Source of the DNA: Eledone cirrhosa
Taxonomy: Eukaryota
Direction: 5' to 3'
NCBI GenBank assembly: GCA_964016885.1
Contig: OZ024753.1
Coordinates: forward strand, 31,930,001-31,994,000
DNA: 64,000 nucleotides
Both the position numbers and the translations under genes were made by a program. The stretch's first letter is position 1; every line of letters starts with the position of its first letter. The notes below the pieces were generated by a model. That model searched no databases and was not told the origin of the DNA. It saw only the letters and a list, made by a program, of their open reading frames with translations. Positions 1-15,034 of the stretch are shown here, piece by piece.

Positions 1-2120
1 AATGTCTATAGGCTCCCAACGTACTACAGATAATGTCTATAGGCTCCCAACGTACTACAGATAATGTCTATAGGCTCCCAACGTACTACAGATAATGACT
101 ATAGGCTCCCAACGTACTACAGATAATTTCTATAGGATCCCAACGTACTACAGATAATGTCTATAGGATCCCTACGTACTACAGATAATGTCTATAGGAT
201 CCCAACGTACTACAGATAATTTCTATAGGATCCCAACGTACTACAGATAATGTCTATAGGATCCCTACGTACTACAGATAATTTCTATAGGATCCCAACG
301 TACTACAGATAATTTCTATAGGATCCCAACGTACTACAGATAATGTCTATAGGATCCCAACGTACTACAGATAATTTCTATAGGATCCCTACGTACTACA
401 GATAATGTCTATAGGATCCCAACGTACTACAGATAATGTCTATAGGATCCCTACGTACTACAGATCATTTCTATAGGATCCCAACGTACTACAGATAATG
501 TCTATAGGATCCCTACGTACTACAGATAATTTCTATAGGATCCCTACGTACTACAGATCATTTCTATAGGATCCCAACGTACTACAGATAATGTCTATAG
601 GATCCCTACGTACTACAGATAATTTCTATAGGATCCCAACGTACTACAGATAATGTCTATAGGATCCCAACGTACTACAGATAATGTCTATAGGATCCCT
701 ACGTACTACAGATCATTTCTATAGGATCCCAACGTACTACAGATAATGTCTATAGGATCCCTACGTACTACAGATAATTTCTATAGGATCCCAACGTACT
801 ACAGATAATGTCTATAGGATCCCTACGTACTACAGATCATTTCTATAGGATCCCAACGTACTACAGATAATGTCTATAGGATCCCTACGTACTACAGATA
901 ATTTCTATAGGATCCCTACGTACTACAGATAATGTTTATAGGATCCCAACGTACTACAGATAATGTCTATAGGATCCCAACGTACTACAGATAATTTCTA
1001 TAGGATCCCAACGTACTACAGATAATGTCTATAGGATCCCTACGTACTACAGATCATTTCTATAGGATCCCAACGTACTACAGATAATGTCTATAGGATC
1101 CCTACATACTACAGATAATTTCTATAGGATCCCAACGTACTACAGATAATGTCTATAGGATCCCTACGTACTACAGATAATTTCTATAGGATCCCAACGT
1201 ACTACAGATAATGTCTATAGGATCCCAACGTACTACAGATAATGTCTATAGGATCCCTACGTACTACAGATCATTTCTATAGGATCCCAACGTACTGCAG
1301 ATAATGTCTATAGGATCCCTACGTACTACAGATAATTTCTATAGGATCCCAACGTACTACAGATAATGTCTATAGGATCCCTACGTACTACAGATCATTT
1401 CTATAGGATCCCAACGTACTACAGATAATGTCTATAGGATCCCTACGTACTACAGATAATTTCTATAGGATCCCTACGTACTACAGATAATGTTTATAGG
1501 GTCCCAACGTACTACAGATAATGTCTATAGGATCCCAACGTACTACAGATAATATCTATAGGATCCCAACGTACTACAGATAATGTCTATAGGATCCCTA
1601 CGTACTACAGATCATTTCTATAGGATCCCAACGTACTACAGATAATGTCTATAGGATCCCTACGTACTACAGATAATTTCTATAGGATCCCAACGTACTA
1701 CAGATAATGTCTATAGGATCCCTACGTACTACAGATCATTTCTATAGGATCCCAACGTACTACAGATAATGTCTATAGGATCCCTACGTACTACAGATAA
1801 TTTCTATAGGATCCCTACGTACTACAGATAATGTTTATAGGATCCCAACGTACTACAGATAATGTCTATAGGATCCCAACGTACTACAGATAATTTCTAT
1901 AGGATCCCAACGTACTACAGATAATGTCTATAGGATCCCAACGTACTACAGATAATTTCTATAGGATCCCAACGTACTACAGATAATTTCTATAGGATCC
2001 CTACGTACTACAGATAATTTCTATAGGATCCCAACGTACTACAGATAATTTCTATAGGATCCCAACGTACTACAGATCATTTCTATAGGGTCCCAACGTA
2101 CTACAGATAATGTCTATAGG
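1..2120. repeat. 31-bp minisatellite (AATGTCTATAGGATCCCAACGTACTACAGAT), ~68 copies, runs off the window start
   Basis: Direct reading of tandem units with a few recurrent variants. Confidence 0.97.
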
Positions 2121-2144
2121 GTGTATTAGCACATGCTACTAATA

Positions 2145-2262
2145 ATTGTTTCTACTTTTTGGCACAAGGCCAGCAATTATCCCAGTGTATTACTGGTACT
2201 TTATTTTATCGACCCCGTAAGGATTAAAGGCAAAGTTAACCTCGGCGGGATTTGAACTCAGT
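2145..2262 (-). mobile_element. Truncated tRNA-derived SINE, family A
   Basis: Reverse complement of the 3' half of the full copy at 7773-7958. Confidence 0.85.
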
Positions 2263-2603
2263 CCATCTCTAGCAGGGCACTCCAAATAGTTAAAACCATT
2301 GGCCCCTTCATGGAATCCTTAACCCTTTCACTGTCCCTAGACATACAGAATTTTGTAAATATATAAAACAGTAAACAGAATATATATATATAATTTACAG
2401 GGCAAACTATAAGCATTATATTGTGACACTGAGAGAATCACCTTACAGTGAGGACTGAGTGCTTTTGTAGTCACACTAGCACTCTCTCTCTCTCTATATA
2501 TATATATAATCATCATCATCGTTTACCATCCATTTTCAACATTAGTATGGGTTAGACGAGTTGTCCCATTATAAGACATGTCAGATCAGGGGATCATGTC
2601 TTG

Positions 2604-2642
<39 letters not shown>

Positions 2643-2647
2643 TCATG

Positions 2648-2685
<38 letters not shown>

Positions 2686-2770
2686 GGAGGTGAGTTTTAT
2701 TGTAGTACAATAAAGCAATGCAGATATCGGATAAGAAGCACTCTACAGTTTGTAGGACTGGAGTATACAT

Positions 2771-3053
2771 AATATATAAGATCAAAAGATGGTTAAAAGA
2801 GTTCCATGTATTTAATTATGTGCATTTCAAAAACAAATGTCATCATGCAATAACATTTGTATTTTCATCAGATAAAAATAGGAAGACATGATATGAAGGT
2901 TAAAAAACACTTGTGGATAGTGCAGTTTTAAATCAACATATATGTTTAAATCAACATATCTGATGAAAATACAAATGTTGTTGCATATTTGTTTTTGAAA
3001 TGCGCATAATTAAATACATGGAACTCTTTTAACCATCTTTTGATCTTATATAT

Positions 3054-3054
<1 letters not shown>
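2771..3054. mobile_element. TA-flanked foldback element with a hammerhead ribozyme motif on each arm (Penelope-like pseudo-LTR remnant)
   Basis: Inverted arms of ~100 bp. CTGATGA...GAAATGCGCATA on + (2960-3008) and CTGATGA...GAAATGCACATA on - (2871-2817). Confidence 0.75.
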
Positions 3055-3098
<44 letters not shown>

Positions 3099-3101
3099 TA
3101 T

Positions 3102-3234
3102 AATGTTTAATATAGAAATGGCTTCTATAGGACTAGAACTGTTTCATTCAAAGGAAATCATCAGGGCTCTCCTGATGATTTCCTTCGAATGAAACAGTTC
3201 TAGTCCTGTAGAAGACATTTCTATATTAAACATT
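3102..3234. repeat. Near-perfect hairpin (~64-bp arms) with CTGATGA...GAAAC core; related copy at ~24270-24390
   Basis: Arms 3102-3165 and 3171-3234 are reverse complements. Confidence 0.85.
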
Positions 3235-3330
3235 GTATATATTCTAGTATGTATTGAGTACCTTACTGTGGTTACGCCCGAATGAACACACACACATACA
3301 CATATATGTATATATGTATATATATATGTG

Positions 3331-3369
<39 letters not shown>

Positions 3370-3473
3370 CAATGAAATACCAATGACCGTTGGCAAATCA
3401 CTGATGAGGGACTCATTTTATAACATGTTATCCATGTGCAACCATGCAGTATTCTTCTCCCCATATTTTTCAC

Positions 3474-5130
<1,657 letters not shown>

Positions 5131-5349
5131 GGTAAATGACCAAACCTCACTCCAATATCACTCTTTAGTATGTATACACCCACCCACACTTATCCCTCTT
5201 CACCCTGTCACTTTCTACCTCACAGGTATTTGTCCCCTCTTTCTTACACCCATCACCACCACCACCACCTCTCTCTCTGTCTCAGAAATTCTTCCCTCTT
5301 TCACATATATTCACTACCTCTCCCTCTCTCTCTCTCTCTTTCAGGATCA

Positions 5350-5720
5350 TTCTCCCTCCCTCTCTCATATAATCACTGCTTCTTCTCCCTCCCTCTCTCA
5401 TATAATCACTGCTTCTTCTCCCTCCCTCTCTCATATAATCACTACTTCTTCTCCCTCCCTCTCTCATATAGTCACTACTTCTTCTCCCTCCCTCTCTCAT
5501 ATAACCACTACTTCTTCTCCCTCCCTCTCTCATATAATCACTACTTCTTCTCCCTCCCTCTCTCATATAACCACTGCTTCTTCTCCCTCCCTCTCTCATA
5601 TAACCACTGCTTCTTCTCCGTCCCTCTCTCATATAATCACTACTTCTTCTCCCTCCCTCTCTCATACAATCACTGCTTCTTCTCCCCCCCTCTCTCATAT
5701 AATCACTACTTCTCCTCCCT
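5350..5720. repeat. 33-bp pyrimidine-rich minisatellite, ~11 copies
   Basis: TCTCCCTCCCTCTCTCATATAATCACTACTTCT units. Confidence 0.93.
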
Positions 5721-5839
5721 CACTCTCTCTGCAGTAAGTTGTTATTCTATATATAGAAACAAGCTGGAATCCTGCAACAATCAATAAACCACCACCACAA
5801 CAACAACATCAGCAACATGCAAATGTTGGTAATATACCT

Positions 5840-7090
5840 GTCTGTCTGTTCTGTGCGCCTGTCTGTCTGTGGGCCTGTGGGTCTGTCTGTGCACCTGCCT
5901 GTCTGTCTGTCTGTCTGTGGGCCTGTCTGTCTGTCTGTCTGTGGGTATAATGTGGGTATATATGTGGGTCTGTCTGTGGGTATATCTGTGGGTCTGTATG
6001 TGGGTATATATGTGGGTATATATGTGGGTCTGTCTGTGGGTATATCTGTGGATCTGTCTGTGGGTATATATGTGGCTCTGTCTGTGGGTATATCTGTGGG
6101 TCTGTCTGTGGGTATATCTGTGGGTCTGTCTGTGGGTATATCTGTGGGTATATCTGTGGGTCTGTCTGTGGGTATATATGTGGGTCTGTCTGTGGGTATA
6201 TATGTGGGTATATCTGTGGGTCTGTCTGTGGGTATATATGTGGGTCTGTCTGTGGGTATATATGTGGGTATATCTGTTGTTATATATGTGGATCTGTCTG
6301 TGGGTATATATGTGGGTATATCTGTGGGTATATTTGTGGGTATATATGTGGATCTGTCTGTGGGTATATATGTGGGTCTGTCTGTGGGTATATATGTGGG
6401 TCTGTCTGTGGGTATATCTGTGGGTATATCTGTGGGTATATCTGTGGGTCTGTCTGTGGGTATATATGTGGGTATATATGTGGGTCTGTCTGTGGGTATA
6501 TATGTGGGTCTGTCTGTGGGTATGTCTGTGGGTATATATGTGGGTACATATGTGGGTATATATGTGGGTCTGTCTGTGGGTATATCTGTGGGTCTGTATG
6601 TGGGTATATCTGTGGGTCTGTCTGTGGGTATATCTGTGGGTCTGTCTGTGGGTATATCTGTGGGTATATCTGTGGGTCTGTCTGTGGGTATATCTGTGGG
6701 TCTGTCTGTGGGTATATATGTGGGTATATAGGTGGGTATATCTGTGGGTATATAGGTGGGTATATCTGTGGGTCTGTCTGTGGGTATATCTGTGGGTCTG
6801 TCTGTGGGTATATCTGTGGGTATATCTGTGGGTCTGTCTGTGGGTATATCTGTGGGTCTGTCTGTGGGTATATCTGTGGGTATATCTGTTGGTCTGTCTG
6901 TCTGTTTGTCTGTGGGTCTGTTGGTCTGTTTGTGCGTCGGTCTGTTGGTCTGTCTGTCAGTGGGTCTGTCTGTCTGTGGGTCTGTCTGTCTGTTGGTCTG
7001 TGGGTGGGTCTGTCTGTCTGTGGGTCTGTCTGTCTGTGGGTCTGTTGGTCTGTCTCTGGGTCTGTTGGGCTGTCTGTGGGTCTGTCTGTA

Positions 7091-7125
<35 letters not shown>

Positions 7126-7420
7126 GGGTCTGTCTGTCTGTCTGTATGTCTGTCTGTCTGTCTGTGGGTCTGTTGGTCTGTTGGTCTGTATGTGGGTCTG
7201 TCTGTAGGTCTGTCTGTCTGTCTGTCTGTAGGTCTGTCTGTCTGTCTGTCTGTAGGTCTGTTCTGTGGGTCTGTATGTATGTCTGTCTGTCTGTCTGTCT
7301 GTCTGTATGTATGTCTGTATGTATGTCTGTCTGCCTGTCTGTCTGTGGGTCTGTCTGTATGTATGTCTGTCTGTATGTCTGTCTGTAGGTCTGTCTGTCT
7401 GTATGTATGTATGTCTGTTC
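5840..7420. repeat. 12-bp (GTGGGTATATCT/GTGGGTCTGTCT) repeat grading into (GTCT)n
   Basis: Direct reading; source of several spurious ORFs. Confidence 0.95.
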
Positions 7421-7772
7421 TGTGGGTGGGTAGTGGACAGCACTGGGATAGATTTTTATAGTTGTTGCGGTGGTGGTGGTGGTGGTGGTGGTGGTGGTGC
7501 GCGCGCGCGTTTGTGTGTGTGTGTGTGTGTGTGTATCTATGTACACACATATGTGTGTTGTATATGTGTGTGAGTGTGTTGTCCAGGAATATCGGTGGAT
7601 AACCTATAGATAATATTGATGTACAACTGCAGTGTACTCCGACCTGTCTGATTGAATTAACAGTTAAACTCAAAACTCCGACTACCACCCAACCCAAGCT
7701 ACATACATCTAGCTCTACCACCAGTATTGAGTCCTCACATCACATCAGTAAACAGTTGTTGTTATTTATAAT

Positions 7773-7958
7773 GGCGGTGGATTGGCAGTATCAGTAGAGA
7801 GTTGGACGTCATGCTTTGACGCATAGAGTTACGGCCCTTTCCATTCTGAGTTCAAATCCTGCTGAGGTCAACTTTGCCTTTCATCCTTACGGGGTCGATA
7901 AAATAAGGTACCAGTAATGTACTGGGTAATTGCTGGCCTTGTGCCTAAAGTAGAAACA
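7773..7958 (+). mobile_element. Full-length tRNA-derived SINE, family A, with 12-bp target-site duplication
   Basis: A-box-like TGGCAGTATC and B-box GAGTTCAAATCC. TSD GTTATTTATAAT at 7761-7772 and 7959-7970. An empty paralogous site is at ~8520. Confidence 0.92.
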
Positions 7959-8110
7959 GTTATTTATAATACTATATAAGTCAACAGCTCCTACATTAAC
8001 ATTTATTTATATATTCAACTGTCCTATATACGCGAGACACGGTCACCCAACCCAACTCGCCTCTAAATGGGACAAACCCGTGTAACCCATGCTAGCGTAG
8101 AATATGGACG

Positions 8111-8338
8111 TTAATCTTTAGAATTTACATAACACTATATTTAATATTGTATTTTTGTGGTAAACGCTTTATCTTACATAATTATCTGATATAATATCGG
8201 ATTTATGAGATTTTGGTGTTATTTATTTTGAGAACAATACTTTAACATCAGTATGAGTGGCCAGTTACAGCCAGTTTGAACAGAAAGACGTGAAAGAATT
8301 CTGGCTGGATATGGCTGGTTTAAATGCTAAATCGTTAA
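8111..8338 (-). mobile_element. piggyBac-type MITE (degenerate copy)
   Basis: Reverse complement of the elements at 10550-10775 and 43487-43714; TTAA at the ends. Confidence 0.7.
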
Positions 8339-9287
8339 AAGATGATGATGATGATGATGACACACACATATAATCACTTATGTACTTCAGTGTAGTCCAA
8401 CCTGTCTGAATGTATCAACCATTAAAAACAAAACTCTGACTACCACCCAATCCAAGCTACATACATCTAGCTCTATTACTAGTATTGAGTCCTCACCTCA
8501 CATCAGTAAATAGTCGTCGTTGTTTATAATCCTATACAAGTCAACAACTCCAACATTAACATTTATATATTCACACACATAATCACCTAAGACTGTTATG
8601 CTGTCACCTAGATTGGATTAATGATTATGCAAAATAACCAGATGCTCAGAGGGACACCATTTTATTCAAATGGAATTTATTTATGATTCCCCACCAGATG
8701 TTTTGACAGATTTTATATATGGTCATGAAGTGCACCATAATCCTTTAAGTGCTTAACTTAATCTGGTCCTTGCTGCCATTAATATAATGTATTATAACAA
8801 GAAGATAATATTAAGTTAGTTTGTCCCAAGCCCAGTGTCTTATCAGGCCAAAGCCTATCAGGGTTTCGTGGATATTAAGCAGTTGAGAGTACAAGACTCC
8901 AATTCTTGTTAGATGGTAAGCCAGTTCGTCTTCAGAGATAACTTCCAGCTGCCACTGGTACTCATTTTTAGCTGAATTTATCAAAAGGATAAAAACATGC
9001 CACCTGGCTTGGGAATTAAACTCCTGACTTTATGAGTTGTCAAACCCCCTGGGCTAGGGCAGGGAGTTTTAACACTAGTGTACCAGTGAAAATTGGCAAA
9101 ATATTGACCTTGAATATAAGCCATCCCACCTTTTTACCATTGATTTTTTTAATATCATATTTCTAAGGTTACATATGAGTGCATATTGTAATTAACTGTT
9201 TTAGAATGAAATTTCTAATGAAATACAATTAATTAATAAAGAATTTGGAGGGATTTAGTAAAATTCTAAATTCTTTCATTATTAAGA

Positions 9288-9828
9288 AATCCTGCCGAGG
9301 TTAACTTTGCCTTTCATCCTTACGGGTTTGATAAAATATAGTACCAGTAATGTACTGGGTAATTGCTGGCCTTGTGCCAAAAGTAGAAACAATTATTAAG
9401 ATAATGGATCATCTCTTAGTTTTGATGATGAGCATTCAGTTTGATCAACTGAACGACCGACACCTGAATTAATGATAAGTGGTTGAGTATTCTACAGATA
9501 GGTGTACTCTTAATATAATTCCCAGGTAGAGTTAACATGGCACATGCCACAATGAACAACTTTTCAATTCCAAACATTTGATCACAATTTTATGTAAGAA
9601 CCTTTAATTTATGTTCCAAACACCAGATTAACAATGAGAAAGTCAGATTGGCAGTATCGGTAGAGGGTCGGACGCCATGCTTTCCAGCATAGTTACGTCC
9701 CTTTACGATCTGAGTTCAAATCCTGCCAAGGTTGACTTTGCCTTTCATCCTTACGGGGTCGATAAAATAAAGTACCAGTAATGCACTGGGTAATTGCTGG
9801 CCTTGTGCCTAAAGTAGAAACAATTATT
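9288..9828 (+). mobile_element. Two SINE family A copies (9288-9398 partial, 9646-9828 near full)
   Basis: Similarity to 7773-7958. Confidence 0.85.
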
Positions 9829-9924
9829 AAATCTTTCCAAATTCTGGAATATTTTCAAAATTATTTTAAAGTCTTAGTCAGTGTCTTTCATAAGAAATAT
9901 GGTTATGAAGGGGTTAAATAGGAG

Positions 9925-10125
9925 CAAATTTTACCAGCAAAATCAACTGGCAAGGGACCCTGGGGTAGACCCCGAGCAAGATGTTTGGATGACATCCATG
10001 AGCTTGGTTGGTTTCTCTTGGGAATCTAGCTGGATCAGTTGGAGACAGTTGCTTATGACAGGACCCGCTGGAAGGAGTGTTTGAGGACTCTTCCCCCTCT
10101 CAGGAATAAGTGGGTGAAGAGAAGA
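9925..10125 (+). mobile_element. RTE-like LINE 3' fragment
   Basis: Translates to GRPRARCLDDIHELGW...LETVAYDRTRWKECL; homologous to 12720-14230. Confidence 0.7.
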
Positions 10126-10549
10126 GATCTTATTTCATCTATCCTAGAAGAATTTAAGGAAAATTGACCTCAGTAGGATTTGAATTCACAATGTAAAGAG
10201 TTGGAACAAATACTACAAGACATTTTAACCATTCCGTTAATCCACTACCCTTCAAAACATCTACTCCACACACGAGAGCTCGTATATAGACACTTAACCT
10301 ACTAGAAAATAGCAGCTAAATCTCCCTCAAATTACAGCTCTGAGTGCTTTTTATCGTGACACCAGCACTACCAGTTTACACAGTGGAATGTGTGCATTTT
10401 ATTGTAGTACCATCACTATCGCTTTCCAGAGTGGACTGGATGCATTTTACCATGCCACTAATACTTTTTATATATATATATATATGTTAAGTATTTCCGA
10501 AGAAAAAGCAAAGGAAAAAAAGAGTGCTCTATGTATAGAACTGAGCTAT

Positions 10550-11305
10550 TTAACCCTTTAATGTCAAACCGGCCAAAACCAGCTAGAATTCTCTACCTCT
10601 TTCTGTTGAAACTGGCTGTAACTGGTCACTCAAACTGATGTTAAGGTATTGTTCGCAAAATACATACTTTCAAAATCTCATAGATTCGATATTATGTGAG
10701 ATAATTATGTGAGGTAAAGCCTTTACCATGAAAATATAATAGTATATATAGAGTAATGTGAATGCTAAAGGGTTAACGAAAATATAATAGTATATATAGA
10801 GTAATGTGAATGCTAAAGGGTTAATGAAAATATAATAGTATATATAGAGTAATGTTAATGCTAAAGGGTTAATGAAAATATAATAGTATATATAGAGTAA
10901 TGTGAATGCTAAAGGGTTAATGAAAATATAATAGTATATATAGAGTAATGTTAATGCTAAAGGGTTAATGAAAATATAATAGTATATATAGAGTAATGTG
11001 AATGCTAAAGGGTTAATGAAAATATAATAGTATATATAGAGTAATGTTAATGCTAAAGGGTTAATGAAAATATAATAGTATATATAGAGTAATGTGAATG
11101 CTAAAGGGTTAATGAAAATATAATAGTATATATAGAGTAATGTGAATGCTAAAGGGTTAATGAAAATATAATAGTATATATAGAGTAATGTGAATGCTAA
11201 AGGGTTAATGAAAATATAATAGTATATATAGAGTAATGTGAATGCTAAAGGGTTAATGAAAATATAATAGTATATATAGAGTAATGTGAATGCTAAAGGG
11301 TTAAT
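10550..11305 (+). mobile_element. piggyBac-type MITE (TTAA-CCCTTT...AAAGGG-TTAA) whose right end is amplified as a 48-bp minisatellite (~12 copies, 10730-11305)
   Basis: TTAA flanks, short TIR, and a 48-bp period measured between TGAAAA at 10825 and 10873. Confidence 0.85.
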
Positions 11306-11372
11306 TAGAAAATGAACAGCACAATATATAACTACTCCATTACCAAATTACCAAAGGTTATTTAGATAACCT

Positions 11373-11440
11373 CTCTGTCTGATGAACGATCTAGACATAT
11401 GTTAATATTGTCTAGAGTCCTGAAACCTTTGGTAATGGAG
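11373..11440 (+). ncRNA. Minimal type-I hammerhead ribozyme motif (slightly degenerate) inside foldback 11303-11473
   Basis: Stem I CTCTGT/ATGGAG, CTGATGA 11379-11385, stem II TCTAGACA/TGTCTAGA, then GAAACC-TTT-GGTA. Confidence 0.6.
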
Positions 11441-12719
11441 TAGTTATAAATTAAGTTGTTCACGTTCTAATTAAATATATATATTATGCCTTTGTAATTT
11501 CATCCAAAGAAAGCAGTCTGCTCAATAAAACCAAGTTAAAAAGTGACTGTTGGTAAAATCAACTATATGAAATTTTTCTGCATGTGTAAATAATTCTGTT
11601 TACTAACACATTTGTAAACTGCATATGTATGCACAAAGCTGTTAATATAAAGAGTGGTATGTTCATGCACAGAGAAGATGCTATAAAATAGGATGAAGAA
11701 CCCATATAGCTATTTTATGAGGTATTTTATAGCATCTCTGCACACGAGCACACCACTATTTATATTAACTTTATTCCCTCAGCGCTTTGTAAAAGTCCAA
11801 GAGTTTGGCCACATATACAAAGCTGTTTTTTTAAAGCATTTAAATTTATCTGCAAACCTTCCACCATAATTTTATGTAAGAAACTTTGGTTTACAGTAAA
11901 TTTTCCCAATGATTTGTCCACTAATAAAGATACTATAAACATTTGAATTAACAAACCTGCTATTATATATTTTCTACTAAATCATTACAGGATGTTAAGT
12001 GTTAAGAAGTTGGTTAACTATAAAGAAGTAAATGGACAATATAAAGGGGACTACAACCAGTGTGTGTGTGTGCACATGTATGTGTGTGTGTTTGCCTGCA
12101 TGTGTTTGTGTGCATATGTTTGTGTGTGTAAGTGTGATCCTTTTACATTGACTTTCCATGCTGGTATGGGTTGGATAGATCGTTTATGGTCTACGAGAAG
12201 ACATGGCAGGATAACTACCTCTTGTTCATATGTTCAGTATTTTGACACTTCCTAATGCTAACCACTTTACAGAGTATATTGGGTGCATTATTATCAAGGC
12301 ACCAGCACTACCACTTTACAGAGTGTACTGGGTGTGTTTCAGTCTGACACCAGCACTACCTCTTTAAAGAGTGCATTGGGTGTATTTTATTGTGGCACCA
12401 GACTACCACTTTAAAGCATGTACTGGGTGCATTTTATTGTGACACCAACACTACTACTTTACAGAGTGTACAGAGAACATTTTATTGTGGCACCAGCAAG
12501 CACTAGAGAGGTTGTGAGGTAATTGACAAGACTAAAGAGTCATCTCTCCTCTATGTTGACCTGGTTTGTTTGTCAGCCAGCTTGCGTGGTTTTATTTGGT
12601 AAAATGACCCTCCCAAAATATAACATCATAAGGTTTTCCCATTAAAATTTGCTCCAGGTAGAGCCACTATTTCTCCGATATTACAGATATGTGGTTAGAA
12701 TGTCTTGGGAAAGAATTGT

Positions 12720-14230
12720 TGGACAGATTTTACGGCCAAAACCAACTGGCGGGAACCCAAGGGCAGGCCCTAAGCAAAATAGTTGGATAACATTGATGAG
12801 CTGAGCTGGTCTCACTTGGGGATCCAGCCAGATCAATTGGAGACACGGCAAGAGACCCAGAAGCAGGTTTGAGCAAGGTAGTTGGATAACATCCATGAGC
12901 TCGGCTGGTCTCACTCAGGGATCTAGTTTGATCAAATGGAGTTGGAGCAGGAGACCCAGGGGTAGATCCAGAGCAAGATGGTTAAATAACATCCATGAGC
13001 TCGGCTGGTCTCACTCAGGGATCTAGTTTGATCAAATGGAGATGGAGCAGGAGACCCAGGGGTAGATCCAGAGCAAGATGGTTAAATAACATCCATGAGC
13101 TCGGCTGGTCTCACTCAGGGATCTAGTTTGATCAAATGGAGATGGAGCAGGAGACCCAGGGGTAGATCCAGAGCAAGATGGTTAAATAACATCCATGAGC
13201 TCGGCTGGTCTCACTCAGGGATCTAGTTTGATCAAATGGAGTTGGAGCAGGAGACCCAGGGGTAGATCCAGAGCAAGATGGTTAAATAACATCCATGAGC
13301 TCGGCTTGTCTCACTCAGGGATCTAGTTTGATCAAATGGAGATGGAGCAGGAGACCCAGGGGTAGATCCAGAGCAAGATGGTTAAATAACATCCATGAGC
13401 TCGGCTGGTCTCACTCAGGGATCTAGTTTGATCAAATGGAGTTGGAGCAGGAGACCCAGGGGTAGATCCAGAGCAAGATGGTTAAATAACATCCATGAGC
13501 TCGGCTGGTCTCACTCAGGGATCTAGTTTGATCAAATGGAGTTGGAGCAGGAGACCCAGGGGTAGATCCAGAGCAAGATGGTTAAATAACATCCATGAGC
13601 TCGGCTGGTCTCACTCAGGGATCTAGTTTGATCAAATGGAGATGGAGCAGGAGACCCAGGGGTAGATCCAGAGCAAGATGGTTAAATAACATCCATGAGC
13701 TCGGCTGGTCTCACTCAGGGATCTAGTTTGATCAAATGGAGATGGAGCAGGAGACCCAGGGGGTAGATCCAGAGCAAGATGGTTAAATAACATCCATGAG
13801 CTCGGCTGATCTCACTCAGGGATCTAGTTTGATCAAATGGAGTTGGAGCAGGAGACCCAGGGGTAGATCCAGAGCAAGATGGTTAAATAACTGTTTCTAC
13901 TTTTGGCACAAGGCCAGCAATTACCCAGTGCATTACTGGTACTTTATTTTATCGACCCTGTAAGGATGAAAGGCAAAGTTAACCTCGGCAGGATTTGAAC
14001 CCAGATCAGAAAGGGGCGTAACTCTGTGCTACAAAGCATGTTGTCCGACCCTCTACCGATACTGCCAAACCACATGGTTAAATAACATCCATGAGCTTGG
14101 CTTGTTTTGCTTAGGGATCCAGCTGGATCAAATGCAGATGGTTGTCTCTGACAGAACCTACTGGAAGGAGTACTTGAGGATCCTACCCCAACAATCCTCC
14201 CAGAAATAAGTGGGCAAAGAAGAGGAAGAC
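12720..14230 (+). mobile_element. RTE-like LINE 3' fragment with an internal 90-bp minisatellite (~11 copies, ~12870-13890)
   Basis: The unit is a 30-codon slice of the LINE C-terminus, which is present single-copy at 9925-10125. Confidence 0.8.
13892..14073 (-). mobile_element. SINE family A inserted in the last 90-bp unit, 13-bp TSD ATGGTTAAATAAC
   Basis: TSD at 13879-13891 and 14074-14086. Confidence 0.9.
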
Positions 14231-14342
14231 CCTCTCAAAATATAGCCATATTGGGAACAACGCAAGGTTTCTCATTTAAAATTATTGCAAAAGAGATCTG
14301 AAAAAAATATTACATATGTGTACATATGTACACATAACTATG

Positions 14343-14373
<31 letters not shown>

Positions 14374-14463
14374 ATATATGATTTATACATACATCTATGT
14401 GTCACATTGATGATTTCCCCACCCCATCCACTTTAGTATTGTATATGTTGTTAGTGGTGACAT

Positions 14464-14464
<1 letters not shown>

Positions 14465-14499
<35 letters not shown>

Positions 14500-14520
14500 A
14501 CATATGGTTATTCTGGTTTC

Positions 14521-14563
<43 letters not shown>

Positions 14564-14990
14564 ATGGTAGTAGTAGGAGTGATGATAGTAGTAGTAGTGC
14601 TAGTAGTAGTAGTAATAGTAGTAATGGTAGTAGTAGTAGTAGTAATGATAGTAGCAGTAGTAGGAGTAGTAGTAGTAGGAGTAATGATAGTAGTAGTAGG
14701 AGTAGTAGTAGTAGTAGGAGTAATGATAGTAGTAGGAGTAATGATAGTAGTAGTAGTAGTAGTAATGATAGAAGTAGTAGTAGTAGTAATGATAGAAGTA
14801 GTAGTAGTAGTAGTAGTAATGATAGTAGTAGTAGTAGGAGGAGTAATGATAGTAGTAGTAGTAGGAGTAATGATAGTAGTAGTAGTAGTAATGATAGAAG
14901 TAGTAGTAATAGTAGTAGTAATGATAGTAGTATTAGTAGTAGTAGTAGTAGTAGTAATGATAGAAGTAGTAGTAATAGTAGTAGTAATGA

Positions 14991-15034
<44 letters not shown>

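Noticed and set aside
3102-3234. Functional hammerhead in this hairpin and its 24270-24390 relative
   Set aside because: CTGATGA and GAAAC are present, but I could not form stem I adjacent to the core; treated as a degenerate remnant.
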